Shown one piece after another: positions 31,160 through 40,959 of a stretch of 64,000 nt of DNA. Every line of letters begins with the position of its first letter. Position 1 is the stretch's first letter. The notes under the pieces were generated by a model. It was not told where the DNA came from, did no database searches, and saw nothing but the letters and a program-made list of their open reading frames with translations. Origin of the DNA: Candidatus Omnitrophota bacterium (GTDB taxonomy: Bacteria > Omnitrophota > Gorgyraeia > S143-82); the NCBI GenBank assembly GCA_015494465.1, contig WGBD01000004.1, positions 4,627 to 68,626 of the forward strand, read 5' to 3'. Made by a program: the position numbers and the translations under genes.

Positions 31160-31747
31160 ATGCGCAAGGCAGAACTGGTGCGTAACACGAAGGAGACCAG
31201 GATCTCTTGTAGGGTGGATCTCGACGGTAAGGGAGACTGCCAACTTGAGATATCGGTCCCGTTCCTTGCCCACATGCTGGAGCTGTTTGCCCGCTTTGCG
31301 GGGATAGACCTGCAGGTGCAGGCGGAAGGGGATCTGGAGATAGACATCCACCACCTCAACGAGGACCTCGGTATAGTATTGGGACAGGCCCTCTCTCAGG
31401 CATTAGGGGGTAAAGAGGGTATTCGCAGGGTAGGTTTTGCCTATGTTCCTATGGACGAGGCCCTCAGCAGGGTGGTGTTGGACCTGTCGGGACGGCCGTA
31501 TCTGGTCTTCAATGTATTTGCCTTTCAGGTAGAGAACCAGCCCAAGGACTATTCTATAGAGTACGCCCGGCAGTTCTTCGTGAGCCTGTCCTCTCACCTG
31601 AGGGCGAACCTCCACATAGACCTCCTGCGGGCAAAGGACTTCCACCACGCTATGGAATCGGTCTTCAAGGCCTTGGGGCTTGCCCTTGCCATGGCAAAAG
31701 AGGAAATAAGCGATCGTCTGCCTTCCACCAAGGGCAGATTGGACTGA
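31160..31747 (+). CDS. hisB: imidazoleglycerol-phosphate dehydratase
   Basis: 195 aa with IGPD motifs (TKETRISCRVDLDG, HHxxE pairs). Confidence 0.9.
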   Translation: MRKAELVRNTKETRISCRVDLDGKGDCQLEISVPFLAHMLELFARFAGIDLQVQAEGDLEIDIHHLNEDLGIVLGQALSQALGGKEGIRRVGFAYVPMDEALSRVVLDLSGRPYLVFNVFAFQVENQPKDYSIEYARQFFVSLSSHLRANLHIDLLRAKDFHHAMESVFKALGLALAMAKEEISDRLPSTKGRLD

Positions 31748-31767
31748 GGGATAGAAGGGGATTTGCC

Positions 31768-32391
31768 TTGGGCGTTCGGGTAGCGGTAATAGATTACGGT
31801 AGCGGGAACATCCGCAGTGTCTCCAAGGCCCTGGAGAGCCTTGGTGCCCGGGTGGAGGTGGTATCCTCACCCTTTGATACGGAGGACTTTGATAAGTTCG
31901 TCCTGCCCGGAGTGGGGGCATTCGGCGATACGGTGCAGGGATTGAAGGAGAGGGGCCTGTGGGATGTAGTGGCCTCTATCCTGAAGAGGGGCCTGCCCTA
32001 TCTGGGGATATGTCTGGGCATGCAGATACTGTGCAGGAGTTCCGAGGAGTCGGAAGGGGTGGAAGGCTTTGGGATATTCCCGGCAACCGCGCGCAGATTC
32101 AGATCGTCTCCGGACTGCAAGGTCCCCCAGATGGGCTGGAATCAGGTCTTCTTTGAAGATGGGAAAGACCCTCTATTTTCCGGGATCCCCAACGGCTCCT
32201 ACTTTTACTTCTGCCATTCCTACTACGTGCCGATAGATGAGCTGGACGAAGGCCTGCTCGCCTGGACGGAGTACGGCCTTAGATACGCCTCCGCAGTGGT
32301 CAAGGGCAGGACGTATGGGGTGCAGTTTCATCCCGAGAAGAGTCAGAGGTTGGGATTGGAGTTGTTGAGGAACTTTCTTTACAAGGTTTAG
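31768..32391 (+). CDS. hisH: imidazole glycerol phosphate synthase, glutamine amidotransferase subunit
   Basis: 207 aa, TTG start. VAVIDYGSGNIRSV N-terminus, class I GATase Cys (GICLGMQ) and His (HPE). Confidence 0.9.
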   Translation: MGVRVAVIDYGSGNIRSVSKALESLGARVEVVSSPFDTEDFDKFVLPGVGAFGDTVQGLKERGLWDVVASILKRGLPYLGICLGMQILCRSSEESEGVEGFGIFPATARRFRSSPDCKVPQMGWNQVFFEDGKDPLFSGIPNGSYFYFCHSYYVPIDELDEGLLAWTEYGLRYASAVVKGRTYGVQFHPEKSQRLGLELLRNFLYKV

Positions 32392-32401
32392 ACGGAAAGG
32401 A

Positions 32402-33349
32402 GTGTATATGGCTACCTATCTGGTGACCGGGGGAGCGGGGTTTATAGGCTCCCACATAGCGGTGAGGTTGGTGAAAGATGGGCACAGGGTAAAGGTTTTG
32501 GATAATCTGGTTGCGGGCAGGAAGGAGAACCTCTCCGAGGTCTGGGATGATGTGGAATTCATAGAAGGCGACATTCGGGATCTGGATCTCCTGATGAAGG
32601 TGATGAAGGGCGTTGATTATGTCCTTCATCAGGCTGCCCTGCGTTCCGTGCCCAAGTCGGTGGAGAATCCTCTGGAGTACGACGAGGTAAACGTCCACGG
32701 GACCCTGAATGTGTTCGTTTCCGCCCGGGATAACGGGGTGAAGCGGGTGGTCTACGCCTCTTCCAGTTCGGTCTACGGGGATCAGCCCGTCCTTCCCGAG
32801 AGGGAGGACATGCTTCCTCTTCTGGTCTCACCCTACGCTGCCAGTAAACTGGCCAACGAGTACTATGCCCGCTGTTTCTACCACAACTACGGGCTGGAGA
32901 CGGTTGGCCTGCGGTACTTCAATGTATTTGGTCCGCGTCAGAGTCTGGACAACCAATATGCGGTGGTCATACCCAAGTTCATCACCTGCATACTCAACGA
33001 CGAGCCACCGCCCATCCACGGCGACGGCACCCAGACTCGGGACTTCACCTACATAGACAACGTTGTGGACGGCAACCTCCTTGCCTGTGAGAAGGAGGGA
33101 ATTGCCGGCGAGGTCTTCAACCTCGCCTGTGGACAGAGTTGCTCGGTATTGGATCTGGTGCGGTACATAAACGAGATCGTCGGCAAGGACATAAAACCGG
33201 TCTTTACTTCACCCCGACCCGGGGATGTGAAACACACCCTTGCGGATACCACCAAGTTGGAGACCCGCATGGGCTTCAGGTGCAGGGTGGACCTGATGGA
33301 TGGACTGCGCAGGACGGTGGAGTGGTTTAGGGAGCATGGGGCAGGTTAA
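32402..33349 (+). CDS. NAD-dependent epimerase/dehydratase (UDP-sugar 4-epimerase-like)
   Basis: 315 aa. GGAGFIGSH Rossmann motif and YxxxK catalytic motif (YAASKLANE). Confidence 0.85.
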   Translation: MYMATYLVTGGAGFIGSHIAVRLVKDGHRVKVLDNLVAGRKENLSEVWDDVEFIEGDIRDLDLLMKVMKGVDYVLHQAALRSVPKSVENPLEYDEVNVHGTLNVFVSARDNGVKRVVYASSSSVYGDQPVLPEREDMLPLLVSPYAASKLANEYYARCFYHNYGLETVGLRYFNVFGPRQSLDNQYAVVIPKFITCILNDEPPPIHGDGTQTRDFTYIDNVVDGNLLACEKEGIAGEVFNLACGQSCSVLDLVRYINEIVGKDIKPVFTSPRPGDVKHTLADTTKLETRMGFRCRVDLMDGLRRTVEWFREHGAG

Positions 33350-34319
33350 GGCGGTTGGCCTGTTCTCCGGTGGGCTGGATAGCATCCTTGCCTTTAAGGT
33401 CCTGCAGGATCAGGGCATAGAGACGATAGGGCTGCACTTTACTACCCCCTTTTACCACAAGCCGGGGATAAAGGAATACGCCCGTTCGTTGGGGATAGAA
33501 CTGATAATCCGGCCGATACTGGAGGAGTACATAGACAAGGTCCTCAAGGCCCCGGTGTGCGGGTACGGTAAGAACTTCAACCCCTGTATAGACTGCCACG
33601 CCTTCATGGTAAAACTGGCTGGGGAGGTTATGAGGGAAGTGGGGGCAAGGTTCGTGTTCACCGGGGAGGTGCTGGGAGAAAGACCCTTTTCCCAGACCAG
33701 ATATGGGCTTAAGAAGGTGGAGGAACTCTCGGGTATGCAGGGCCTTATCCTCAGGCCCTTGAGCGCAAAACTGCTCCCTCCAACTATCCCTGAGGAGAAG
33801 GGATGGGTGGACAGGGAAAGGCTCCTCGACATAAAGGGCCGTTCCCGAAAGCGGCAGTTTGAACTGGCAGAGCGTTACGGTATTGATGTAGACCCCTCCA
33901 TCCAGCCTGCAGGTGGGTGCCTCTTGACCGATCCGTTTATGTCCAAGCGCATAAGGACCTACGTGAGGCGATTTAGTGATCAGTCGCGGGTTATATATCC
34001 CCTTATAAAGACCGGTCGGCATTTTCTCTTGGCAGAGGATACCGCGTTCGTAGTGGGCAGGAACAGGTTTGAGAACGAGGTGATAGAGAGGTATGCCCAG
34101 AGGGGTGTAGTGGTGCGACCGGAGGGAGTGATGGGGCCGGTAGGAATTATATTTGGCAAACTAAAAGACGACCCTGCGGTCCACAACCTCTCCGCAAGGA
34201 TACTCGCCTCATATTCTAAGGCGAAGATGGGAGAAGAGGTCATGGTAAAGTTCTCCGACGGGGATGAGGTGGTGGTGAGGGCGGAGGCGAAGGAGAGGTT
34301 CAAGAGGTATGCGATATAA
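33336..34319 (+). CDS. PP-loop superfamily ATP pyrophosphatase (tRNA thiolation / ThiI-MnmA-like)
   Basis: SGGLDS PP-loop near the N-terminus and a Cys cluster (C...NPCIDCH). Start chosen at ATG 33336 rather than the longer ORF start at 33300. Confidence 0.65.
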   Translation: MGQVKAVGLFSGGLDSILAFKVLQDQGIETIGLHFTTPFYHKPGIKEYARSLGIELIIRPILEEYIDKVLKAPVCGYGKNFNPCIDCHAFMVKLAGEVMREVGARFVFTGEVLGERPFSQTRYGLKKVEELSGMQGLILRPLSAKLLPPTIPEEKGWVDRERLLDIKGRSRKRQFELAERYGIDVDPSIQPAGGCLLTDPFMSKRIRTYVRRFSDQSRVIYPLIKTGRHFLLAEDTAFVVGRNRFENEVIERYAQRGVVVRPEGVMGPVGIIFGKLKDDPAVHNLSARILASYSKAKMGEEVMVKFSDGDEVVVRAEAKERFKRYAI

Positions 34320-34974
34320 AAGGCTGAGGAGACTCGCTCCAATAGAACGGCCTCGGGAGAAGATGCGCAGGTATGGACCTTCCCGTCTCAGCCTTGAGGA
34401 GCTTTTGGCGATTCTACTGGATACCGGGACCAGAGGCAAGGATGTGGTCTGGTTGAGTGAGAGGATAGGTGAGATTGTAAGGGAAAAGAGATGGGATGTA
34501 TCTCTGGACGATCTTATGTCGATAGAGGGAGTAGGGCTTGCCAAGGCAAGCAGGGTCCTGTCCGCGATAGAACTTGGCAGGAGGTTTAAAGAGGAATCTC
34601 TCCTTTCCCTGAACTCACCTCAGGTGGTGTTCAATCTCTTTGGGCATCTCTCCAAGTCGAAGAGGGAGACATTCGTCGCACTCTATCTGGACAGCCAGAA
34701 CAAGGAACTCGGCAGAGAGACGATATCCCTCGGATCGGTGAACGAGGCCTTGGTTCATCCCCGAGAGGTCTTCGAACCCGCGGTCCGCCTTTCGGCGGTC
34801 TCGGTGATCGTGGTGCACAATCATCCCTCAGGCGATCCCACCCCATCAGAGGAGGACATAAACCTTACCCGGAGACTGGCGAAGGCAGGAGAGGTCCTGG
34901 GCATAGAACTATTGGATCACCTGATAGTAGGAAGAGGGGGATACATCTCTTTTAGAGAGGAGGGTCTGCTGTGA
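34309..34974 (+). CDS. radC: RadC-like JAB/MPN domain protein
   Basis: 221 aa. N-terminal HhH region and C-terminal JAMM motif HNHPSGDPTPSEED. Confidence 0.85.
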   Translation: MRYKRLRRLAPIERPREKMRRYGPSRLSLEELLAILLDTGTRGKDVVWLSERIGEIVREKRWDVSLDDLMSIEGVGLAKASRVLSAIELGRRFKEESLLSLNSPQVVFNLFGHLSKSKRETFVALYLDSQNKELGRETISLGSVNEALVHPREVFEPAVRLSAVSVIVVHNHPSGDPTPSEEDINLTRRLAKAGEVLGIELLDHLIVGRGGYISFREEGLL

Positions 34975-36125
34975 AAAACGCCTTGGTCTTGCAGTCTGGC
35001 GGTATGACCGCAGTGATAAATGCCTCCTTGGTCGGTGTGGTACGGGCAGGCAAGGGTGCGTTTGAGAAGATATACGGGGCAAGGTACGGTGTCCACGGGC
35101 TGGTGAAAGGGGATGTTATAGACCTGTCTGCCCTGAGCGATAGCGAACTGGATAGGATAGAAAAGACCCCATCGGGTTTCCTCGGCTCTTCTCGAGTCCG
35201 CCTGAACGAGGACCTGACCGAGCAGGCCTTCGCCAAGACGATCCTGCCCAAGGAGATAGATGCGGTGTTTATGATAGGCGGGAACGACACCGCCTACAAC
35301 GGGAAGTTCCTCAGTGAGTACAGTAGTAGGACGGGCAGGTCCCTTCAGGTTATAGGCATCCCCAAGACCATAGACAACGACCTACCCTACATGTACTTCT
35401 GCCCGGGATATCCCAGCATCGCAAGGTACATCGCGATATCCACACAGGAGGCGGGGCTGGATACCTTGGCGATGCGCCATTCGGATCCGGTGAAGATAAT
35501 AGAGGTAATGGGCAGGAACGCAGGCTGGATAGTCTTGGCGAGTGCATTGTTGAAGAAGAAGGACAGGCAACCTCCTCACCTGTTAGGCCTGCCGGAGATA
35601 CCTCTGGACATAGATGAATTCGTGGAGAAGGTGGAAAGGACATATAAGGAGTACGGGTTTGTTGTGGCGGTGATATCCGAGACGGTGAGGGACAAAAACG
35701 GGGTGCGCATAGGCGAGAAGAGGGAGGGTATAACCAGCGACGGATTTGGACACCAGTATGTGGAGAGCGCATCCCAGCGTCTGTGTTCCATCATAGAGAG
35801 AAGGCTTGGTTTGAGGGCCCGCTGGGATCGTCCCGGGACCTTCCAGAGGATGAGCGCCTGCCATGTCTCGGAGGTGGACCGACGCACCGCAAGGGGGGCG
35901 GGTGAGTTCGGGGTAAAGCTGGCGAAAGAGGGTATGAGTGGCGTAGAGGTGACGATAGAGAAAGAGGGATTCGGTTGGGTGGAGATAGACGAGATTGCCG
36001 AGACGGAACGACTCCTTCCTGAGGAGTTCCGGGAGAAGGAGACGGGCCTGCCCACCAAGGGATTTTACGACTATGCCTTACCCCTGTTAGGGGATGGGCT
36101 CCCCGACTATTCTTGGATGTATTGA
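34971..36125 (+). CDS. pfp: 6-phosphofructokinase, probably pyrophosphate-dependent type
   Basis: 384 aa PFK fold. The GGNDT motif at the position of GGDGS in ATP-PFKs has Asp in the fourth position, as in PPi-PFKs. ppdK is also present nearby. Confidence 0.8.
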   Translation: MKNALVLQSGGMTAVINASLVGVVRAGKGAFEKIYGARYGVHGLVKGDVIDLSALSDSELDRIEKTPSGFLGSSRVRLNEDLTEQAFAKTILPKEIDAVFMIGGNDTAYNGKFLSEYSSRTGRSLQVIGIPKTIDNDLPYMYFCPGYPSIARYIAISTQEAGLDTLAMRHSDPVKIIEVMGRNAGWIVLASALLKKKDRQPPHLLGLPEIPLDIDEFVEKVERTYKEYGFVVAVISETVRDKNGVRIGEKREGITSDGFGHQYVESASQRLCSIIERRLGLRARWDRPGTFQRMSACHVSEVDRRTARGAGEFGVKLAKEGMSGVEVTIEKEGFGWVEIDEIAETERLLPEEFREKETGLPTKGFYDYALPLLGDGLPDYSWMY

Positions 36126-36197
36126 TACTGCCTTATCCGTTACGAAACCGGTTGGACTTCAATTTGTTGTGTGGGTAGTGTAAAATATCTTTTTAAT

Positions 36198-36291
<94 letters not shown>

Positions 36292-36306
36292 TGTAAAGGG
36301 GGTGCG

Positions 36307-37170
36307 GTGCACACGCTAACCAAACTGGTTCTGGTTTTCTTCCTTTTATGGGGCCTCTCTCAGGTCCTGGTGTGGATAGTCAACCGCACGGTCAAGGACC
36401 TTCGCAATCGTCACCTCTTGAGGAAGGCTATCGCCTACACCGCGCTGGCCTTCTTCCTGGTGACTGCGGGCAAGACGATCCTCCCCAGGCTCAATGTCTC
36501 CCTGGTCTTGGGTATCACTAGCGCGGGTATTGCCCTTGCCCTCCAGGAGGCGGTCTTGTCCATAGCGGGATGGCTTTTTATCCTCATAAAGAAGCCCTAC
36601 GCACTTGGGGATAGGATAGAGATCAACGGAGTGAAGGGCGACGTGATAGATATAAGGACCTTCCAGACGACCCTGCTCGAGGTGGGCAACTGGGTGGGAG
36701 CGGAGCAGAGCACGGGCAGGATCGTCCACATCCCCAACAGCTTCGTGTTTAAGTACCCTTGTTATAACTACACCCGGGGCTTTGAGTTTATATGGAACGA
36801 GGTCTCGGTAGTGGTCACCTTTGATTCGGATTGGGAGCGGGCAAAGGAAATCTTGCTGGAGCTGGGTAATCGCTGGGCCCAGGACAGGGAATCGATAGTG
36901 GCGGAGAAGGTCAGGCGGATGGCGGACAACTACATGATACACTTTAACAAGTTCACCCCTATCGTCTATATTTCCGTAGTAGACAGTGGGGTGAAGCTGA
37001 CCTTGAGGTACATGATAGAGGCCAAACAGCGCAGGTCCACCACCAGTCACATATTCGAGGACTTCCTGCGGGCCATAGAGAAAGAACCCAGGGTAAATCT
37101 GGCCTACACGACTTACACCGTGCATCTGCAGAATCCTGAACAGAAAAAAGACGAAGTTGACCAAGGATGA
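36307..37170 (+). CDS. mechanosensitive ion channel, MscS family
   Basis: 287 aa. Three N-terminal TM helices followed by the MscS beta-domain pattern (ALGDRIEINGVKGDVIDI). Confidence 0.8.
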   Translation: MHTLTKLVLVFFLLWGLSQVLVWIVNRTVKDLRNRHLLRKAIAYTALAFFLVTAGKTILPRLNVSLVLGITSAGIALALQEAVLSIAGWLFILIKKPYALGDRIEINGVKGDVIDIRTFQTTLLEVGNWVGAEQSTGRIVHIPNSFVFKYPCYNYTRGFEFIWNEVSVVVTFDSDWERAKEILLELGNRWAQDRESIVAEKVRRMADNYMIHFNKFTPIVYISVVDSGVKLTLRYMIEAKQRRSTTSHIFEDFLRAIEKEPRVNLAYTTYTVHLQNPEQKKDEVDQG

Positions 37171-38273
37171 AGCGTATACTCATCCTCTACATATCCAACA
37201 TCTCCGGGCACAAGAGCGCAGCCTCTGCGATAGAGAAGGCCATACGCATGCTTGCCCCTTCCGCAGAGGTCAAGGGGATGAACTTCTTCCGCTACGTGGC
37301 CCCTGTCACCGAGAAGGTGGTCAACACGATGTACATGGGGGTGATAAAGAGGATGCCGATCATATGGCAGGTCCTCTACGACAACCCTAGGGTGGTGCGT
37401 TCCACCTCTCGGGTGAGGCGCTTTGTGTATCTGCAGGTTAGGAAGCGGGTGGACAAGTTGATAAGGTCGTTTTCGCCGGATGTGGTAATCGCCACTCAGG
37501 CCTTCCCCTGCGAGATCGTCTCTCGCTACAAGCTGGAGATGGGTGCTAGTTATAAGGTCTTTGCGGTGTTGACGGACTTTGCCCCCCATTCCTTCTGGAT
37601 CTCCCCAGCGGTGGACCAGTACATCGTCGCTTCCCCCCAGGTAAAGGATAGGTTGATGAACAAGGGGGTGGAAGAGGAGAAGATAAAGGTCTTCGGGATC
37701 CCCATAGATCCGGCCTTCTACTTTTCCAAGGACCCCGATGAGATAAGAAGGCGCTTGGGTTTTGGGCCGGAAGACCTGATCCTGGTGATGGGAGGTGGGC
37801 AGGGACTGGGCCCTATAAAGGAGATAGTCTCTGCCTTGGACGAGCTGGATCTGGAATTCGGGATCGTCGTGGTGTGCGGGAACAACCGCAGGCTCTACAA
37901 GTCTATAGATAGACTAAGGCGGAAGGCAAGACACAAGCTCTACCTCTTCGGGTATGTGGAGAACATGGACGAACTCATGACGGTCTCCAAGCTCATAGTC
38001 ACCAAGGCAGGGGGCCTAACGATATCCGAGGCCATGGCCAAAGGCCTGCCTATGGTCATAATGAATTCGCTCCCTGGGCAGGAGTACAATAACCTGCGTT
38101 TTTTGCTCAAGAATAGGTGTTGCGTTCGGGCGGAGAGCGGGGACGATGTGGTTCGGGCGGTGCGTAGGCTCCTTACCGATCCTGAGTACTGGCAGCGTCT
38201 CCACACCAGGGCCCTCGTGACCGGCAGGCCCAATGCCTCTCTAGAGACCGCCCACCTAGCACTGGAGATGTGA
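37167..38273 (+). CDS. GT28 monogalactosyldiacylglycerol synthase / UgtP-like diacylglycerol glycosyltransferase
   Basis: 368 aa. N-terminal MGDG_synth pattern (ILILYISNISGHKSAASAIEKA) and a GT-B C-terminal domain. Confidence 0.8.
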   Translation: MKRILILYISNISGHKSAASAIEKAIRMLAPSAEVKGMNFFRYVAPVTEKVVNTMYMGVIKRMPIIWQVLYDNPRVVRSTSRVRRFVYLQVRKRVDKLIRSFSPDVVIATQAFPCEIVSRYKLEMGASYKVFAVLTDFAPHSFWISPAVDQYIVASPQVKDRLMNKGVEEEKIKVFGIPIDPAFYFSKDPDEIRRRLGFGPEDLILVMGGGQGLGPIKEIVSALDELDLEFGIVVVCGNNRRLYKSIDRLRRKARHKLYLFGYVENMDELMTVSKLIVTKAGGLTISEAMAKGLPMVIMNSLPGQEYNNLRFLLKNRCCVRAESGDDVVRAVRRLLTDPEYWQRLHTRALVTGRPNASLETAHLALEM

Positions 38274-39817
38274 TGTGGTGGATATACGAGTTTTGTCTTA
38301 AGCACATGGGCAGGGCCCCGCGCCTTTTCCACCTGGTAGGTGGGTTGCTGGGGCGAGTGAAGTACTTCTTCTGGCCACCAGATATAGCTAGGATCGTAAG
38401 GAACATCCGCATCGTTACCCGCAGACGGATCCCTAGGATCCTCGCCTTCTTTAAGGGATCTTCGGTGTTGGCAAATTTCGTTCACTATTGGCTGGATGTA
38501 GTCTACTACGGCCACCTCGCTCCAGAAAGGGTAGAGGGTGCTATGTCGGTGATGGGAGAGGAGCACCTGCGTTCTGCCTTGGATAAGGGCAGGGGGTGTA
38601 TCACTGCGACTGCCCACCTGGGCAACTGGGAGGTTGCGGGATTTTGGCTGGGGCGAAAGGGGTATCCCATACACGCGGTGGCCTTGCCCCACAAGGACCA
38701 GCGCATAAACGAATTCTTCGACTCCGCTCGAATGCGCCACGGGGTCTCGGTTATACCCACAGGCAGGACCACTCGGGCGCTAGGGGTGTTGAAGTCTGGG
38801 GAGATCTTGGCCATCTTGGGGGATTGGGACTTTACCGGTGGCAAGGCGGTAGTTGAGGTGGAGTTCTTTGGACGCCGGTTCCTGTTCCCCTCGGGTATTG
38901 GGGTCTTTGCAACCAGGTTTGGTGTGCCGGTGGTACCTGTATTCTGCCTCCGTCGGGGCGATAGATACGAGTTGAAGATGTTCCCTTACATAGACCCCGA
39001 AGGGAAGACCCCTGCCGAAGTCGTTCAAGAGTACGCCCGGAGTCTGGAGGAGGTGTTGGAGAGAGACTATTCGCAGTGGTACATGTTTGGACCCATCCGA
39101 TATGCCAAGGAGCACATCGATCTGGACAAAGTGTGCGTGGTCATGCCTGCCTACAACGAGGAGAAGCACATAGGTCAGTTATTGGATCAGCTTAGGGATA
39201 AGGGGTTGCATGTGATCGTAGTGGACGACGGATCCCACGATCGCACCTCAGAAGTCGCTCAGGGCTATCCATTCGTTGCGGTGGAGAGGCTATCCTGCAA
39301 TGAGGGCAAGGGGGTGGCGATAAAGGAAGGACTTGCCCAGGCCAAACAGCGGGGTTACGAGTGGGCGGTCCTGATGGACGCAGACGGACAGCACCTCCCA
39401 AGCGACCTGGATAAGTTCCTATCCGCAGTACACAGCGGTGTGGGGATGGTCTGCGGGAACAGGATGTGGGATCCCAAAGGGATGCCGTTCATACGGAGGT
39501 TTACCAATCGCCTGATGTCTTTTATAATATCCGCCTATACCTGGGACTGGATACCCGATACCCAATGCGGGTACAGGTTGATCAGGCTGTCTGCCATCGA
39601 TCCTGAGGAATTGACGAGCGATAAGTACGAGGTCGAAACCGATCTGATATTGCGGGTTCGGGAGCGGGGTTGGGACATCGTTTCCGTACCCATCCAGAGC
39701 GTGTACCACGATACCGCGGTGAGCTACATCAATCCGGTTAGGGATACCTTGCGCTTTGTCTGGTTTATGTTGACGGACGCGGTGCGGAAGCTTGCCCGTT
39801 CGGTAAGGAGGCAATAG
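38270..39817 (+). CDS. bifunctional fusion: LpxL/HtrB-family lysophospholipid/lipid A acyltransferase (N) + GT2 glycosyltransferase (C)
   Basis: 515 aa. N-terminal half carries the acyltransferase H-motif (ATAHLGNWEVAG). C-terminal half has the GT2 pattern (VCVVMPAYNEEKHI...VVDDGSHD...DAD). Confidence 0.75.
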   Translation: MMWWIYEFCLKHMGRAPRLFHLVGGLLGRVKYFFWPPDIARIVRNIRIVTRRRIPRILAFFKGSSVLANFVHYWLDVVYYGHLAPERVEGAMSVMGEEHLRSALDKGRGCITATAHLGNWEVAGFWLGRKGYPIHAVALPHKDQRINEFFDSARMRHGVSVIPTGRTTRALGVLKSGEILAILGDWDFTGGKAVVEVEFFGRRFLFPSGIGVFATRFGVPVVPVFCLRRGDRYELKMFPYIDPEGKTPAEVVQEYARSLEEVLERDYSQWYMFGPIRYAKEHIDLDKVCVVMPAYNEEKHIGQLLDQLRDKGLHVIVVDDGSHDRTSEVAQGYPFVAVERLSCNEGKGVAIKEGLAQAKQRGYEWAVLMDADGQHLPSDLDKFLSAVHSGVGMVCGNRMWDPKGMPFIRRFTNRLMSFIISAYTWDWIPDTQCGYRLIRLSAIDPEELTSDKYEVETDLILRVRERGWDIVSVPIQSVYHDTAVSYINPVRDTLRFVWFMLTDAVRKLARSVRRQ

Positions 39818-40959
39818 TGGGATTTTTGTTGAACCTTCTGGTCTTTCTGGTGTGTCTTGGGATCCTCATCTTCGTGCACGAGCTTGGGCACTTCTTAGTG
39901 GCAAGGCTCTTTGGAGTTAGGATCAATCGATTCTCCATAGGTTTTGGTAAACCGATACTTCGGCTTGGGCGGGATAAGAAGGGTACGGAGTACATCATAT
40001 CCTTGGTTCCTCTAGGGGGATATGTGGAGATGGAGGGGGAGAACATCGACGAATGCAAGGGTTCCCCAGAGGAGTTTATGAGCAAACCCGCTTGGCAGAG
40101 GATCCTCATAGTCTTGGCAGGGCCTGCGATCAACTACCTCCTGGGATTCTTGCTGTTCGTCTTAGTCTATTCCATCGGTGCTCCCGAGCTCGTACCGGTG
40201 GTGGGCGATACCCTTGAAGGCTTTCCGGCAGAAAAGGCGGGTATGTCCCGAGGTGATAGGATAGTAGCGGTGGACGGGATAAGGGTCGACTTGTGGGATG
40301 AGATGGCCAAGATCGTCCATCAGAAAGCGGGTGAGGAGGTGACCATAGAACTGATAAGGGACGGCAAACGGATGCAGGTAAAGTTGGCCCCCAAGACCGA
40401 AACTATAAAGACCATATTTGGTGAGAAGAAGCAGGTCGGTCTTATAGGTGTGATCCCCGACCCCTCGGCTTATACCGAGGTAAGGTTTCCCCTACCAAGG
40501 GCCATCGTTAAGGCCTGGGAGAAGGTCTGGAACTTGACCTCTATGATAGTAAAGTCATTGGTCTTGCTGTTAGAGGGCAACAAGCAGGTGCGGGAAGCGG
40601 TAAGCGGACCGATAGGTATCTACAAGGTCACTACCGAGGCATGGCACATGGGGATGGCGGTTTTGCTTTCGGTGTTGGCAGTTTTGAGCGTGAGCTTGGC
40701 GGTGTTTAACCTCTTGCCTCTGCCTTTGCTCGACGGGGGACACATATTCCTCTTCGCGATAGAGGCCCTCTTGGGTAGGGCCCTGCCCGTCTGGGTCTAC
40801 GAGATGAGCTTCAAGGTAGGTATAGTGATAATAGGCTTGATCATGGCCTTCGTATTTTACAACGACATAAAGAGGTTGGTGCGGGAGGCCAAGCAGGGCA
40901 AGCAGGTGGTCAATGAGGTGGTGAATCGGGATGCGTCAATCGAGGAGGATATACCTTAA
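39817..40959 (+). CDS. rseP: RIP metalloprotease RseP (site-2 protease)
   Basis: 380 aa. HELGH zinc motif, PDZ domain and C-terminal LDGG motif. Confidence 0.85.
   Translation: MGFLLNLLVFLVCLGILIFVHELGHFLVARLFGVRINRFSIGFGKPILRLGRDKKGTEYIISLVPLGGYVEMEGENIDECKGSPEEFMSKPAWQRILIVLAGPAINYLLGFLLFVLVYSIGAPELVPVVGDTLEGFPAEKAGMSRGDRIVAVDGIRVDLWDEMAKIVHQKAGEEVTIELIRDGKRMQVKLAPKTETIKTIFGEKKQVGLIGVIPDPSAYTEVRFPLPRAIVKAWEKVWNLTSMIVKSLVLLLEGNKQVREAVSGPIGIYKVTTEAWHMGMAVLLSVLAVLSVSLAVFNLLPLPLLDGGHIFLFAIEALLGRALPVWVYEMSFKVGIVIIGLIMAFVFYNDIKRLVREAKQGKQVVNEVVNRDASIEEDIP

Noticed and set aside
31141-31160. TTGTGAA half-site upstream of hisB, as a possible Rex box
   Set aside because: Only one half-site of the TTGTGAA-N4-TTCACAA palindrome is present. 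Another lone half-site sits inside the GAF-ANTAR coding region near 17590. Neither is convincing.
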